Positions 22,571 through 32,658 of a stretch of DNA of 64,000 nt are shown here, in pieces. This DNA is from Planctomycetales bacterium (GTDB lineage Bacteria > 4484-113). How positions within the stretch are numbered: the stretch's first letter is position 1; every line of letters begins with the position of its first letter. The stretch covers positions 32,001 through 96,000 of the forward strand of contig JBBIRS010000006.1 in the NCBI GenBank assembly GCA_037441675.1. The letters run 5' to 3'. The position numbers and the translations under genes are program-made. The notes under the pieces were generated by a model that worked only from the letters and a program-made list of their open reading frames with translations, had not been told where the DNA came from and made no database searches.

Positions 22571-23040
22571 GCGGGGGAAATAAGCCGGGTTCTGTCTCTG
22601 CGGTCATTTCTCTAGCCTGTCCGTTCCTTTGGTAGTATCCGTCAGGATATGCCTAGGCGGACTTGCCGAAGTTCCCGACAGGTCAATCGGCATGATAGTG
22701 GCGAAGGATGAGCAGTTCGTTTTTCATTCGCGTCAGCGCGGAGCTTTCGCGAACGTCCGCCACCTGCCTTGCACCGGACGAGTTTGCCCACCCGTAAACT
22801 TCACAGTCACGGACGTGCGCTCTTACCGCACGGTTTCACCCTTGCCAGAGGTCACAACCGAAATTTCGGTTCATCCCGCCAGAGGCGGAACTTCCCGAGG
22901 GTCTGGCGGTATTTTTCTGTGGCGCTTTCCATACCCCGCTTTCACGGAGTTCTGGGAATTACCCAGCGTCCCGCTCTGTGGTGCCCGGACTTTCCTCAGA
23001 TGCGAACTTGCATTCACATCCGCGACCGCCTTTCCCCCGC
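22571..23040 (-). ncRNA. rnpB: RNase P RNA (type A-like, about 470 nt)
   Basis: Minus strand has GAGGAAAGTCCGGGC, GGAAAGCGCCACAGAAA, GGGTGAAAC..GCGGTAAGAGCGCAC and ACAGAACCCGGCTTAT. P1 is GCGGGGGAAA/TTTCCCCCGC. Confidence 0.97.
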
Positions 23041-23046
23041 TATTTT

Positions 23047-23055
23047 ATTTTACCA
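23047..23055 (-). promoter_or_regulatory. Extended -10 promoter of rnpB
   Basis: TG-G-TAAAAT ending 6 nt before the P1 5' end. Confidence 0.6.
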
Positions 23056-23089
23056 GAATCCGCTAGGATTAGACGCAGAGTTTATTTAA

Positions 23090-23830
23090 ATAAATCTCTC
23101 CAAGTAGATTTCATTGACGCAATCTTAGACGGTTGGATTTTATCACGATATTCTTGCCACTCATTGGCTTGCATTAGCGGAGAAAAGACATATTGGACAT
23201 ATGAGGCTTTTTTCACAAGTTATCCTTTTCGCAAGATGGAAGTTGTGTTTTGGTGATGAAGGGTGCTGTTTGGAACGAGGGAAATTTCTTCCACTCTGTG
23301 GTCATAATATCTTCTGCCTGTCCGTAGAGAATTATCTGGTTTTAATATGAGTTAGTGAAATGGCTCTTAGTAAAATTGTATCGCTAACTTTAGAAAATGT
23401 GTCTATCAGCTCTGTCCGCACTTTTTCGGGTCAAACAAGGTAGGCCAACCCGTGGGCGGTCATATCCTTATCTCTTGACATAGCCTGTACGCAACGCACA
23501 TTTTCCCCTGCGCCTCCTCATCTCTTCCAAGATCCCCTATCGCTACCACCAGTTTATCGTATCCTAACGCAAAAGGTTTCATCAATGATTTTAATTACTT
23601 TATTTCCCCTTATTTCTAGCAAGGGTGAAAATTTTTCTTCCTTTAAAACGTAATAAAACTCAGAGTAACCATGATAATAGCCATAATAGCTATTCCAACA
23701 CCTAATCCGCTCAAAACTGCCAAGCCCAAATATGGTATAGAGTGATTCCAAGCTAGATAAACAGATAGGCTTATTAAAGCTAAAAAATAAATACCCCACC
23801 CATAATCCTTTAATTTCTCATAATTCATTG
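23090..23830 (-). pseudogene. Decayed membrane-anchored protein gene
   Basis: Hydrophobic start MNYEKLKDYGWGIYFLAL..., continuing only through frameshifts and stops toward rnpB. Boundaries approximate. Confidence 0.4.
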
Positions 23831-23847
23831 TTTTGCTCCATCTTCCC

Positions 23848-24141
23848 TCATACAAAGCTCACTTCAGCGAGAATTTTGTCCCTAAGCTCCTCCATTAGCC
23901 CCATCCTTGTTACGATATCAACCTTTCTACCAAGCTCGCGTTCTAAAAGCGACGCAAGTCCGAGAGAGTCAAACAACTCCGCCTCTTCAGTGAAATCAAC
24001 AAGAATAACAATATCGCTTCCCTCCTAAGCCTCTGCTCGGACGAAAGAGCCGAAAAGCCAAATTACTCTCGCCTTATAGGTCGCGCAAGCCTCATCTTTA
24101 AACGCCTTCAGCTATTCAAGTATATCTTCACTCGTAAGCAT
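23848..24141 (-). pseudogene. MNT (minimal nucleotidyltransferase) antitoxin pseudogene
   Basis: Reconstructed MLTSEDILE*LKAF...RVIG/LFGSFVRAEA*EGSDIVILVDF...ERELGRKVDIVT...KILAEVSFV. Two TAG stops and one frameshift. Confidence 0.85.
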
Positions 24142-24179
24142 ATCTCAAATGATACTAAAAAAGTATCTTAGAAGCTAAT

Positions 24180-24644
24180 TTATCCAAGCCTCTCCTTTGG
24201 CGAACTTCTTTTGTCCGCTATAGGGATCTTCTCGCACCTCTTATCAATTCGCATTATCAGCGCTTCGATGCAGGCGCGTTTTTCCAAAACTGCCTGCAAA
24301 CGGTTGTAGAATTCCATGCTAAGGTTCATTCCGAATGGGCTTGTAGCCACGTTCACGCCGTCCACCGCAGTATCAATTATCGGGCGGAAAAACAACATCA
24401 GCTGGCTCCCAAGATATCCCATTGGGCGCATACTCTCAAGAAAAACGATAGCGGGCACCGCCATTCCCGCGCGCACTACGCGCTCCGCTAGAATCTCCAG
24501 CGTTTCAAGTTCCTCCGCGCTTAGTTCATCCTCAGTGCCTTTTTCCACCTTGAAGGCATGAGCAAGGCCGTTTAGAAAGTTTCTCCAGAAGCCATGTTTG
24601 CCTTTGTCGCTCCAATTAGACCTTGTTTCTGATTTCGCCTTCAT
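24180..24644 (-). CDS. Hypothetical protein
   Basis: Intact ORF containing VRAGMAVPAIVFLESMRPMGYLGSQ. Start placed at the ATG after GAGG..AAGG. Confidence 0.7.
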   Translation of the reverse strand: MKAKSETRSNWSDKGKHGFWRNFLNGLAHAFKVEKGTEDELSAEELETLEILAERVVRAGMAVPAIVFLESMRPMGYLGSQLMLFFRPIIDTAVDGVNVATSPFGMNLSMEFYNRLQAVLEKRACIEALIMRIDKRCEKIPIADKRSSPKERLG

Positions 24645-24836
24645 CCTTCTGCCTCTGAGTATAGTATAGATAGGTTTCACAGACAAGAAAGCCCAGGCGT
24701 AACAACGTTTCTTGCCATTCTATATAATGTTTCCAAAGAGACCCTCTAATAAATCTAAATCTAATGTTAATCAAAGAGTCATTTTTATTAGCGTCTAGGT
24801 TATAATTTGAAATTGTTTTCAGGAGGTGATCTTAGA

Positions 24837-25686
24837 ATGGATAAGGGTGAAAGCTGAGGTGAGAAGCGACCCAAGAAAGTAGATATTCTGCGCCTGGAAA
24901 AGCGTGGACAACCAAATATTAGGCAAAGATTAGAGAATGCTGTATTAACTTCACTGCCTCATAGGAGAGCGAGAAAAAATGGAAATGAATAGACCATTAC
25001 TAAAGCCATGGATGAGGGTGTGGATTCAACTGAGAAGAGTGTTACATCTTCAGATGCGAGTTCTACTCGTTCTACTTTTGCCCCGGCTGAACTTGAATAC
25101 ACAACAGAGCCGATTCTAAAGAGCGCAATTCGACTGAAGAGCAAGCTACAAGACCTTGAGGTGGATGAGAGATTCTTAAGGGGGAATTCACATTTAGACC
25201 GATCTGCGGATTGTATATCTTGAAAGTTGCCCTTTTGCCCTTCATTCCGCTACCATTAATCGCCTTCTTCTATTCGATCCTCGCAGGTGCGCCAAGTTGA
25301 TTCTGGATGGTTAGTCTCGTTAACATCTTTCTCTTTCCACTTTACGCTGTCTATATGTTCGTAGCTCTTACTTACACAAATTACGATTCTCCTTGGTTAG
25401 TTGCTGGACATCTTGAACTTCTATCACAAAATGGACTAATTGTTCCCCTCCTTTACGCTCTGGTTCTGTTAATTGTTTTTGTCGCCTCATGGCTGATAGG
25501 TTGAAGACGTAGATGGGATATTTAGAATTCGCAAGCTTTGCGGAATTCAGGGAAGTTGAGGACCGCTATCAATTGGTCGGTATTGCTTTATTCTGCCTGT
25601 TTGTGTTTTTTACAGTTGGCTCGCTCGCCCTGAGCAATATACCTGACATTTTTAACTACATTTTTGGCTTGGAGTTCAAACCCTAA
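24837..25686 (+). pseudogene. Decayed membrane protein gene
   Basis: TATAAT (24801) and SD AGGAGGT precede ATG 24837. In-frame TGA (24855) and TAG (24990), then frameshifts linking several hydrophobic segments. Confidence 0.6.
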
Positions 25687-25731
25687 TTAAAATGTGTGTT
25701 GTTAGTGCTATTAATTGTTTCGCTAAGGAAG

Positions 25732-25769
25732 AAAAAAAGAAGGTGGACGGCTAAAATCCGCCCACCTTC
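25732..25769 (-). terminator. Intrinsic terminator of the PKD lipoprotein gene
   Basis: Minus strand GAAGGTGGGCGG-ATTTTAG-CCGTCCACCTTC followed by T7. Confidence 0.85.
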
Positions 25770-25791
25770 ACTAAATTCAGTTTAGATTTCC

Positions 25792-28700
25792 TTAACCGTT
25801 CTTTCTGGAAAAGACTGGGAATGATAGGCCTGCGTCATCAGTAAAGCCGTAAACGACCGCCGGTTGACCTGCAACTTCCATTAGGAAGCAATACTGACCT
25901 GAGATGTCGGTAGTTCGGTCAACCCACTCAACGCTCCATGTTCCCGAGCCATCCGCAGCTGAGTTAACGAGATATACTAAGTTCTCGGTGGAATCATCCG
26001 CACCACGATAAGCGGAGATTGCTGGTAAACCGCCAACAATAGCGAGGGAGACAAAGTCGTTAAAGCCGGGGTAGAAGAGCTCAGTCTTGGTCCAGTTCGG
26101 TGTCAGGCCATCTGCGGTTGTTGCTCTGGCGAAGTAAAGTTTGCCGGTTTGCCTGTCAATATAAGCGCCAGCAGGTCTTCCGGATACTACCGCTAGAGAG
26201 CACGCGTTGAATGTGGCGCCAGCGGTTGTGTCAACATCAACGGTTGTCCAAGTCCCAAGACCATCCGCCTGGGAGTTTCTAGCGTAACGAACGATAGGAC
26301 TGATATCTCCAGTGTAAAGTACTGCGGGATTACCACCGACAATCGCAAGACTTACGGAGCTGAAAGTGTCGGAGCTGTCTATAATTCCCAATTGCCAAGT
26401 CCCCAAGCCATCTGTTGTGTTGCTTTTTGCGTAAGCGACATTCCCATTATTGTTAATATAAGCGACAAATGGAGCCCCTCCAGCTATACCGAGAGAATAA
26501 CTGGCGCCCAAGTTTCCTTCGGCCGAACCTGTTATGTTTGCCGAACTCCAGCTCCCAGATCCATCTGGCTGAGAGCTCTTCATAAACCTTATCTGGAACG
26601 CGGGCGGGCGAGAACCAATGTTATGCAAGTAAACAAATGCAGGAGTGGTTTCAACGATTGCAAGATTTGAAACAGGGGATGAAGAGTTTGCTGGATCGCC
26701 ACTATTAGTAATTTGCTGAGGTGCGCTCCAGGCGCCGGAGCCATCCGAATTAGCGTTACGAGAGTAGAATATCTCATACGGACCCATATCTGATAGTGCA
26801 ATATGTATTATCGCTGGGTTCCCATTTGCTATTGCCATAGACGTGAAAATTCCGCCATCTCCTTGATTATCAACCACACTTCTAGACCAATTTGTTCCCA
26901 GCGTTTTTAACTCAACATCCATTGCATAATCGTAGTTCGTGGAAACTCCTGTAATGCTCGCTCTTATGTACCAAGTTCCGCTAGATTCAACAGGCCATTC
27001 AAGGATTTGAATGCCATTCGTAACACGATACGAAGTAGCTATCGTTTGGTCAGAGGAGTTTCTCACTCTTAGCCTTATCGCGTTACCTAGATCGCCTGCG
27101 TTTGGATCATAATCTGCTCTCGCAAGGAGAATCTGACCAACGGATGCAGTAAAGGTGAAGTAATCCCAAGTCCCACCATCGTAACCACCGGTTCCGAGGT
27201 TCGCTAGGAAATCCGTTTCGGGCAGTGTAAAGAGATTGGCCTCACCAAGAGAGTTGTTAGGCTCAGTTTCGTCATAGCCAACGGTGAAGTTAAAAGTTTC
27301 GTCAGCATCTGGGAGAATACCGTTGGAAACTTGAAGCCGAATCGGATAAGTTCCAAAGACGTTAGGCACTGTAATATCTGGAGCGGTAACAGTGTCTCCA
27401 CTGCCTGAGTAAGTTTCAGGACTAAAGCCATCTCCCGGATTTCCAAAAGTCCAAGTATAGTTAAACGGAGTTGTTCCGGTAACTTGAGCGGAGAAATCAA
27501 CTGTTTGACCAGCGCCTGCGCTTAGCGGAGATATACTGATTATTTCTGGCGGGAAGCCTGTGCTAGCAATGGAGTAGCTGAAGTTAACAATTGTGGTTCC
27601 ATAGTTATTGGTAATTGCGACTGTGCCATTGCGAGGCCCAGGAGTTCCGGTAATAGTAACAGTCGTTTGTGAGTCAGATTCTGATGGCGCGGAAGGATTT
27701 GCCCAGTCACCATTGCTGTCGGAGAAATTCCAAGTGTAGTTTAAGAAGGGACCAGTGCCAACCGCGCTAGCAGTAAATGTAACCTCTGTTCCTTGCTCAG
27801 CGGTTGGTGGGTTACCCATGACATTGCCATTAAAGGGCCGATAACCAACGTCTATATTGAAATTCACAGGACCAGCACTGCCAAAGGGATTTGATACGCT
27901 CAATGAACCCGTGTCAGTTCCTTCGTTTACTCCGACGACTGATGGTTGTCTCTCATTGGAACTAGAGGGATTGCACAGCGTTCCAAACTGCCAGTTAAAG
28001 GTTAAAGGTTCACTACCGCTAACATCGGCGGAGATATTTCGCGCTGGGTCTGGGATTGAAACAATAAATGGATCAGGAGTAATACTGTCAATTAGCGGAG
28101 GTTCTCCTGGGTTTACCCTGAAGTCAATGGTCATTTCGTCAGTCAGGCTGTTTTTGTCAGAAACCTGAAGACTAACCTGATAATCACCAGGTGCTCCTAG
28201 CGTTGCGGTAGGTCGCTCAATTGTTGGGTTGTCCACAGTCCAACTAACTGGGAAAGTCCACTGGAAAGCGTAAGGCGGTGTCCCACCTATGACTGTCGGA
28301 GTAAACTGAACGTCAGACAGTTCAGTTCCACTTTGCGGTTGAATGTCAGTGATATCAGGAGGTGTTAGAAGCAGTACGTCAAATGGGAATGTCTCTGTGT
28401 CACTTAATCCGCTCGCATCCGTCACTTCAAGGGTGATGGCGTAAGTATTGGGATCAGTTGGCACAACGATGCCAGGTGCGGTAACGGTATCACCACTGGC
28501 GGAGTAAGTTTCAGGGTTGAAGCCATCTCCGGGCGATCCAAATGTCCAGTTGAAGTTAAAGGGTGGAGTTCCTGTAACATCAGCGGTGAAGTCTATAACC
28601 TGACCAGGGCTACCTGAGCTTGGGCTGATTGAGTTGATCTCAGGACCAATTGGAGAGGGTTCGATCAGATACTCGTTTGAGCGTATAGTCTCGTCACTTA

Positions 28701-29439
28701 CCCCTGTTGCATCAAATGGAATTACACTAACATACACTGGAACTGTTGGGGGAGTAACTTCAACTTCTTTGAGGAATATATCTCTTCCCTCTGGAATAAC
28801 TGACCTTTCAGCAAAAGTAACATCTACAATGTCAGTATAAGTTGTTGAACCATCCTCGCGCATTTGAATTTTGTATCCGTCCACCTTTCTTCTGAAATTT
28901 GATGCAAGTGGCGCTACTTCTCTAATATCCACAACTTTGTCATTGTTGTAGTCCGCAAGTTCTGCCATTGGATTGTCCGAGGGGTTATCATATCTGCCAA
29001 AGAAGTTATCAGCTATTGGTTTTACATCACGAATATCAACGACTCCATCTTCGGTTCCATCACCTTGATTTTGATAGCTCCATTGAAGCGACCACTGCCC
29101 AGGGGCTAAGACTGTTACGGTTAGGTCGTCAACCTTACTACCGTTTCCAACTGGTGGCGCGGATACCGTTTTGGAATTCAGAGAAATGCCATTTCTGACT
29201 AACTGATAAATAAGTTCTTCTTTCAGTTCCTTAAATAATTTCTCGTCCACACCTGATGGAGTTTCCGCTTTCATTATTTCTTCGCCGATGGTTAATTCGG
29301 TTTGGAAAATAGGCGGGAGGGGGCGAGGGGTTGACAAAGATTTGGTGCCACTTGAACCACCACAGCTTCCTGCAAAAATAAAAATTGTGAGGGCTGTCAC
29401 AATTAGCGCATAAGTTGCTACTTTTTGTTTTGAATACAT
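25792..29439 (-). CDS. Large surface lipoprotein: dockerin-like/Fn3-like module, about 5 PKD-like repeats, PPC-like domain, C-terminal beta-propeller-like repeats
   Basis: Lipobox FAGSC, paired DxxxDxxVDxx(D/E) motifs, repeated WxFG, ETEPNNS, repeats of SLAIVGGxPA..Y..A.xADGxGxW; SD GAGGAGG. Confidence 0.85.
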   Translation of the reverse strand: MYSKQKVATYALIVTALTIFIFAGSCGGSSGTKSLSTPRPLPPIFQTELTIGEEIMKAETPSGVDEKLFKELKEELIYQLVRNGISLNSKTVSAPPVGNGSKVDDLTVTVLAPGQWSLQWSYQNQGDGTEDGVVDIRDVKPIADNFFGRYDNPSDNPMAELADYNNDKVVDIREVAPLASNFRRKVDGYKIQMREDGSTTYTDIVDVTFAERSVIPEGRDIFLKEVEVTPPTVPVYVSVIPFDATGVSDETIRSNEYLIEPSPIGPEINSISPSSGSPGQVIDFTADVTGTPPFNFNWTFGSPGDGFNPETYSASGDTVTAPGIVVPTDPNTYAITLEVTDASGLSDTETFPFDVLLLTPPDITDIQPQSGTELSDVQFTPTVIGGTPPYAFQWTFPVSWTVDNPTIERPTATLGAPGDYQVSLQVSDKNSLTDEMTIDFRVNPGEPPLIDSITPDPFIVSIPDPARNISADVSGSEPLTFNWQFGTLCNPSSSNERQPSVVGVNEGTDTGSLSVSNPFGSAGPVNFNIDVGYRPFNGNVMGNPPTAEQGTEVTFTASAVGTGPFLNYTWNFSDSNGDWANPSAPSESDSQTTVTITGTPGPRNGTVAITNNYGTTIVNFSYSIASTGFPPEIISISPLSAGAGQTVDFSAQVTGTTPFNYTWTFGNPGDGFSPETYSGSGDTVTAPDITVPNVFGTYPIRLQVSNGILPDADETFNFTVGYDETEPNNSLGEANLFTLPETDFLANLGTGGYDGGTWDYFTFTASVGQILLARADYDPNAGDLGNAIRLRVRNSSDQTIATSYRVTNGIQILEWPVESSGTWYIRASITGVSTNYDYAMDVELKTLGTNWSRSVVDNQGDGGIFTSMAIANGNPAIIHIALSDMGPYEIFYSRNANSDGSGAWSAPQQITNSGDPANSSSPVSNLAIVETTPAFVYLHNIGSRPPAFQIRFMKSSQPDGSGSWSSANITGSAEGNLGASYSLGIAGGAPFVAYINNNGNVAYAKSNTTDGLGTWQLGIIDSSDTFSSVSLAIVGGNPAVLYTGDISPIVRYARNSQADGLGTWTTVDVDTTAGATFNACSLAVVSGRPAGAYIDRQTGKLYFARATTADGLTPNWTKTELFYPGFNDFVSLAIVGGLPAISAYRGADDSTENLVYLVNSAADGSGTWSVEWVDRTTDISGQYCFLMEVAGQPAVVYGFTDDAGLSFPVFSRKNG

Positions 29440-29624
29440 TTATTTCCTCCTCTAAACGAATTGATCCGTCCCTTCTGGTAGCTATTCCCCTAGTCAATAT
29501 TATAACTCAAAATTCAGAAATGAAAATCAAGGTTCTTGGATTATAACCGAAACGAGATAACAGGAAAGCTCACCTTTAATTTGAAATGCTAGCTTCTTCA
29601 CAAGTTAGCACCTGAGAAGTAAAC

Positions 29625-32072
29625 CTAATTTATGAGCTCTGAGCTGACATCCATGCTGTAATCCGTGGTAGGACCGCTACGGTAGAAGCACCTTATATAG
29701 TATCTGCCATCAGCATCAACGTCCCATTGAAGTTCCTGTAAGCCATCTCCGACTATTATCCCATCAGCTTTCACTACTCCGCCGGAGTCAAGTAGACGGA
29801 AGCCGAAATCCGTATCCGAATTATACTCAATAGTTGCAGTTAATCTTTGCCCTACTAATAAATCAACGAAAAAGTAATCGTTTTCATCACCATCGTATCC
29901 GCCAGGTCCGAGATTACCCCAGAAATCAACCACCGGCAGAGTTGGTAGAGCGTTTGCCTGGCTAGGCAGATCATTGTTCTCTATTTCGTTATAAAGAATT
30001 GTGAGTGTGAAATTATAATTTGCGGTCCCGACAGAGTTTGAAACGGTGAGCAATGAATTATAGCGCCCTGGATAAAGAAGCCTAATAGAGGCGGTCACAG
30101 TGTCAGAATTTCCTGATACTATCAGTGGTTCCGTTCCGCCACCAAAGTCCCAAGTGAAATCATATGGTGGGTCACCAGTAACGCTAGCGGTGAGACTAAG
30201 TTCTTCTCCCGCCCTGCCGGATTTTGGTGTTACGTTTAGTATGCTTGGTGGTAGCAGAACTTTTTCAGTAATTTGGAATGTAAAAGCTAATATGTCAGTA
30301 TCAAAGATATTTCCAATCAAAAGCCATCCGGCGTAAACGTCCGCGAGAGCGGTTAAAGTCACCTCGGGACTTTCTTCTATGCTTGCTTCAGGTTCAGCCC
30401 ATCCGCTAAAGTTCCAGATGTAATAGATAGGTAAACTACCAGTAGTTCTTGCGCTAAACGTTACTATTGAATCTTTAACACCGCTGGTAGGCGATATGTC
30501 AATTATTTGCGGACGATAACCAACATTTATCGCAAAGTTTTTGCGTGCAGTGCCTAGAGGGTTTCTAACCTCTACATAAGCGCTATAAAAACCAGGGAAA
30601 GTCGGCTCGACCCTAGGAAACTTCTCGGTGGAAGTGTTAGGTGTAGCTGCCCCACCGAAATTCCAGTTGTATGTGAGTGGCTCTACACCTTCCGCCTCAA
30701 CAGAGAATCGCGCCTCCTCAAACATAGGCAAGTTTGCTGGTGAAGGAGAAATACTGAGAATTCTTGGTCGCTCACCAAATACTACCTTTACCTGTGTTTT
30801 AAAGGTATCAACTCCAAGCTCGTTAGAAACAGTTAGCTGAACAGAATAATTCCCAGGCTCTGGAGTTGTTACCGTGGGGTTAGCCAAATTTGGATTATCT
30901 ACCAAAAAGTTTTCTGGGAATTGCCACTCATATTCAAATGGCGGGTCCCCAGAAAGAATGGCAGAAAAAGTAACGCTGGTTTGGTCATAGGTTTGAGTTG
31001 GACTTATTCCTAAAATTAGTGGCGCACCGCTTGGTTGGATGCGAAATCTTATCAAAACGCTGTGCGAACCAAATGGATTGGTCACAGTTAAAGCAATGTT
31101 ATAGTCTCTAGGGGTACTAAGCAAGACAGTTGGATGCGCCTCGCTTGATTCTGTTGGCTCCCATGTGCTAGGAAAGCCCCAACTATATGTCAAAGACTCT
31201 CCACCCACTACCTCAGCGGAAAAGGTAACTTCTTCGCTCTCTCTGCCAGAGGTTGGTGAAATCGCGAGAATTCTCGGAGCTCCTATGTAAACTGGATGAG
31301 AAGGTTCGCCAGAATTTCCTTCCACATCTATGGGAGTAACAAAAATACCAGTGCCTTCTGAGGGTAGGGTACCTGAGCGAAAGCTTGAGTTGGGCACATC
31401 TACAATAAAGTAGTCATTTCCAATACTGGGAGTTCTTTCATCAAAGGATACGCGGACAAGTTCATAATTCTCTCCGTCCAAAGGATTTGACACGTAAACT
31501 AAATAGGCTGAAACACTTGCACGGAAATTCTGAGCCAGAGTCTTCACATCACTTATATCAACCACTCCATCTAGGTTGTAATCTGCGACTCGGGCTAGCG
31601 GGTTATTTGAGGTTTTCAAGAAATTCTCAGCAATTGGGATTAGGTCGGAAAGATTCACCACACCATCTTCTGTGCCATCGCCTTGATTTTTGTATGTCCA
31701 CTTGAGCTGTATGGATTCATCATCATAAGCGATAATTTCCAGATCATTGACTTGATTTAAGATGCCGGTGGGGGCAACTTGAGTGCTTTTGACGCTATTA
31801 GAACCAGCCTGTTGGTAAATCTCTTTTATCAGCTCTTCTTTAAGTCGCTCAAATAAATCTTTTCCTACTCCTTTTGGAGTTGGCAGTTCTATTATTTGAT
31901 TGACAAGTTCCAGTTGAAGACTTGATTTGACTTCTTCATTTTTTTGGTTAGCGATTAACTTCTTTTCTCCACTCGCAGAACAGCTTGCTAGCAGGAACAA
32001 AGAGAAGGTTATGAGAATGATTTCAAGAAATAATGAGGCTCTCAAATAATTAAATTTTTTCTCTGACCTCAC
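29625..32072 (-). CDS. Surface lipoprotein paralog: dockerin-like/Fn3-like module, 5 PKD-like repeats, PPC-like domain
   Basis: Lipobox LLASC, GDGTEDGVVNLSD/ADYNLDGVVDISD, repeats of PxIxxISP..W.F..LTVSN, EIENND; SD GAGGAGG. Confidence 0.85.
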   Translation of the reverse strand: MRSEKKFNYLRASLFLEIILITFSLFLLASCSASGEKKLIANQKNEEVKSSLQLELVNQIIELPTPKGVGKDLFERLKEELIKEIYQQAGSNSVKSTQVAPTGILNQVNDLEIIAYDDESIQLKWTYKNQGDGTEDGVVNLSDLIPIAENFLKTSNNPLARVADYNLDGVVDISDVKTLAQNFRASVSAYLVYVSNPLDGENYELVRVSFDERTPSIGNDYFIVDVPNSSFRSGTLPSEGTGIFVTPIDVEGNSGEPSHPVYIGAPRILAISPTSGRESEEVTFSAEVVGGESLTYSWGFPSTWEPTESSEAHPTVLLSTPRDYNIALTVTNPFGSHSVLIRFRIQPSGAPLILGISPTQTYDQTSVTFSAILSGDPPFEYEWQFPENFLVDNPNLANPTVTTPEPGNYSVQLTVSNELGVDTFKTQVKVVFGERPRILSISPSPANLPMFEEARFSVEAEGVEPLTYNWNFGGAATPNTSTEKFPRVEPTFPGFYSAYVEVRNPLGTARKNFAINVGYRPQIIDISPTSGVKDSIVTFSARTTGSLPIYYIWNFSGWAEPEASIEESPEVTLTALADVYAGWLLIGNIFDTDILAFTFQITEKVLLPPSILNVTPKSGRAGEELSLTASVTGDPPYDFTWDFGGGTEPLIVSGNSDTVTASIRLLYPGRYNSLLTVSNSVGTANYNFTLTILYNEIENNDLPSQANALPTLPVVDFWGNLGPGGYDGDENDYFFVDLLVGQRLTATIEYNSDTDFGFRLLDSGGVVKADGIIVGDGLQELQWDVDADGRYYIRCFYRSGPTTDYSMDVSSELIN

Positions 32073-32366
32073 GCTTTCCTCCTCAATTTGTATTGAAGTT
32101 ACTTATTAAACCACACTTAAATTGTAGCTTGAGAAGGCGGATTAAAGCAAGGAATTTCTAATTCGAATATTTTTTCGTCTATTTTTATGGCTAATTTGTC
32201 GCAATTTAGGAAAGAAGGAAAACCCTAGTGATTAATGACGGTGAACATCTACTAAAGAATTTATTCTCCCTAATCTAAAGAAGACCATTAAGAGAGAATC
32301 ATAACAATGCTATCTCACTAGTTGTTGGCAGGCTGACGGGCAGGTGGTAGCTTCACTCCTCCATAG

Positions 32367-32621
32367 CTAGTTATCGGGAAGAACGCTGACAAATGTCTTT
32401 CCGTTTTCCTTTCTGAACTGAACCTTACCATCTTTTAATGCAAAGAGGGTAAAATCACGACCAAGGCGGGTGCCCTCACCGGGGTAGAACTTCGTTCCCC
32501 TTTGACGGATTATAATCCCACCCGCTCGCACCTTTTGTCCACCATATACCTTCACCCCTAGACGTTGCCCAAGAGAGTCTCTTCCATTTCTACTGCTTCC
32601 AAGTCCCTTTTTATGTGCCAT
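32367..32621 (-). CDS. rpmA: 50S ribosomal protein L27
   Basis: [16 protein letters not shown] and RQRGTK motifs. Confidence 0.98.
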   Translation of the reverse strand: MAHKKGLGSSRNGRDSLGQRLGVKVYGGQKVRAGGIIIRQRGTKFYPGEGTRLGRDFTLFALKDGKVQFRKENGKTFVSVLPDN

Positions 32622-32658
32622 GTTGAATTCTCCTTTGAAATGTTAATGTTATTTTTTT

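Noticed and set aside
22629..23256. ORFs of 145, 106 and 92 aa on the + strand
   Set aside because: They are antisense shadows of the GC-rich RNase P RNA and its flank.
24855..25504. TGA read as Trp, Gly or Sec in the 24837 gene
   Set aside because: TGA terminates nuoD, nuoL, secE and rpoC; the tRNA-Trp has anticodon CCA; the gene also has TAG and frameshifts.
32320..32366. GC-rich patch after rpmA containing CCCGTCAGC, resembling part of a c-di-AMP riboswitch
   Set aside because: The remaining conserved elements and stems are absent.
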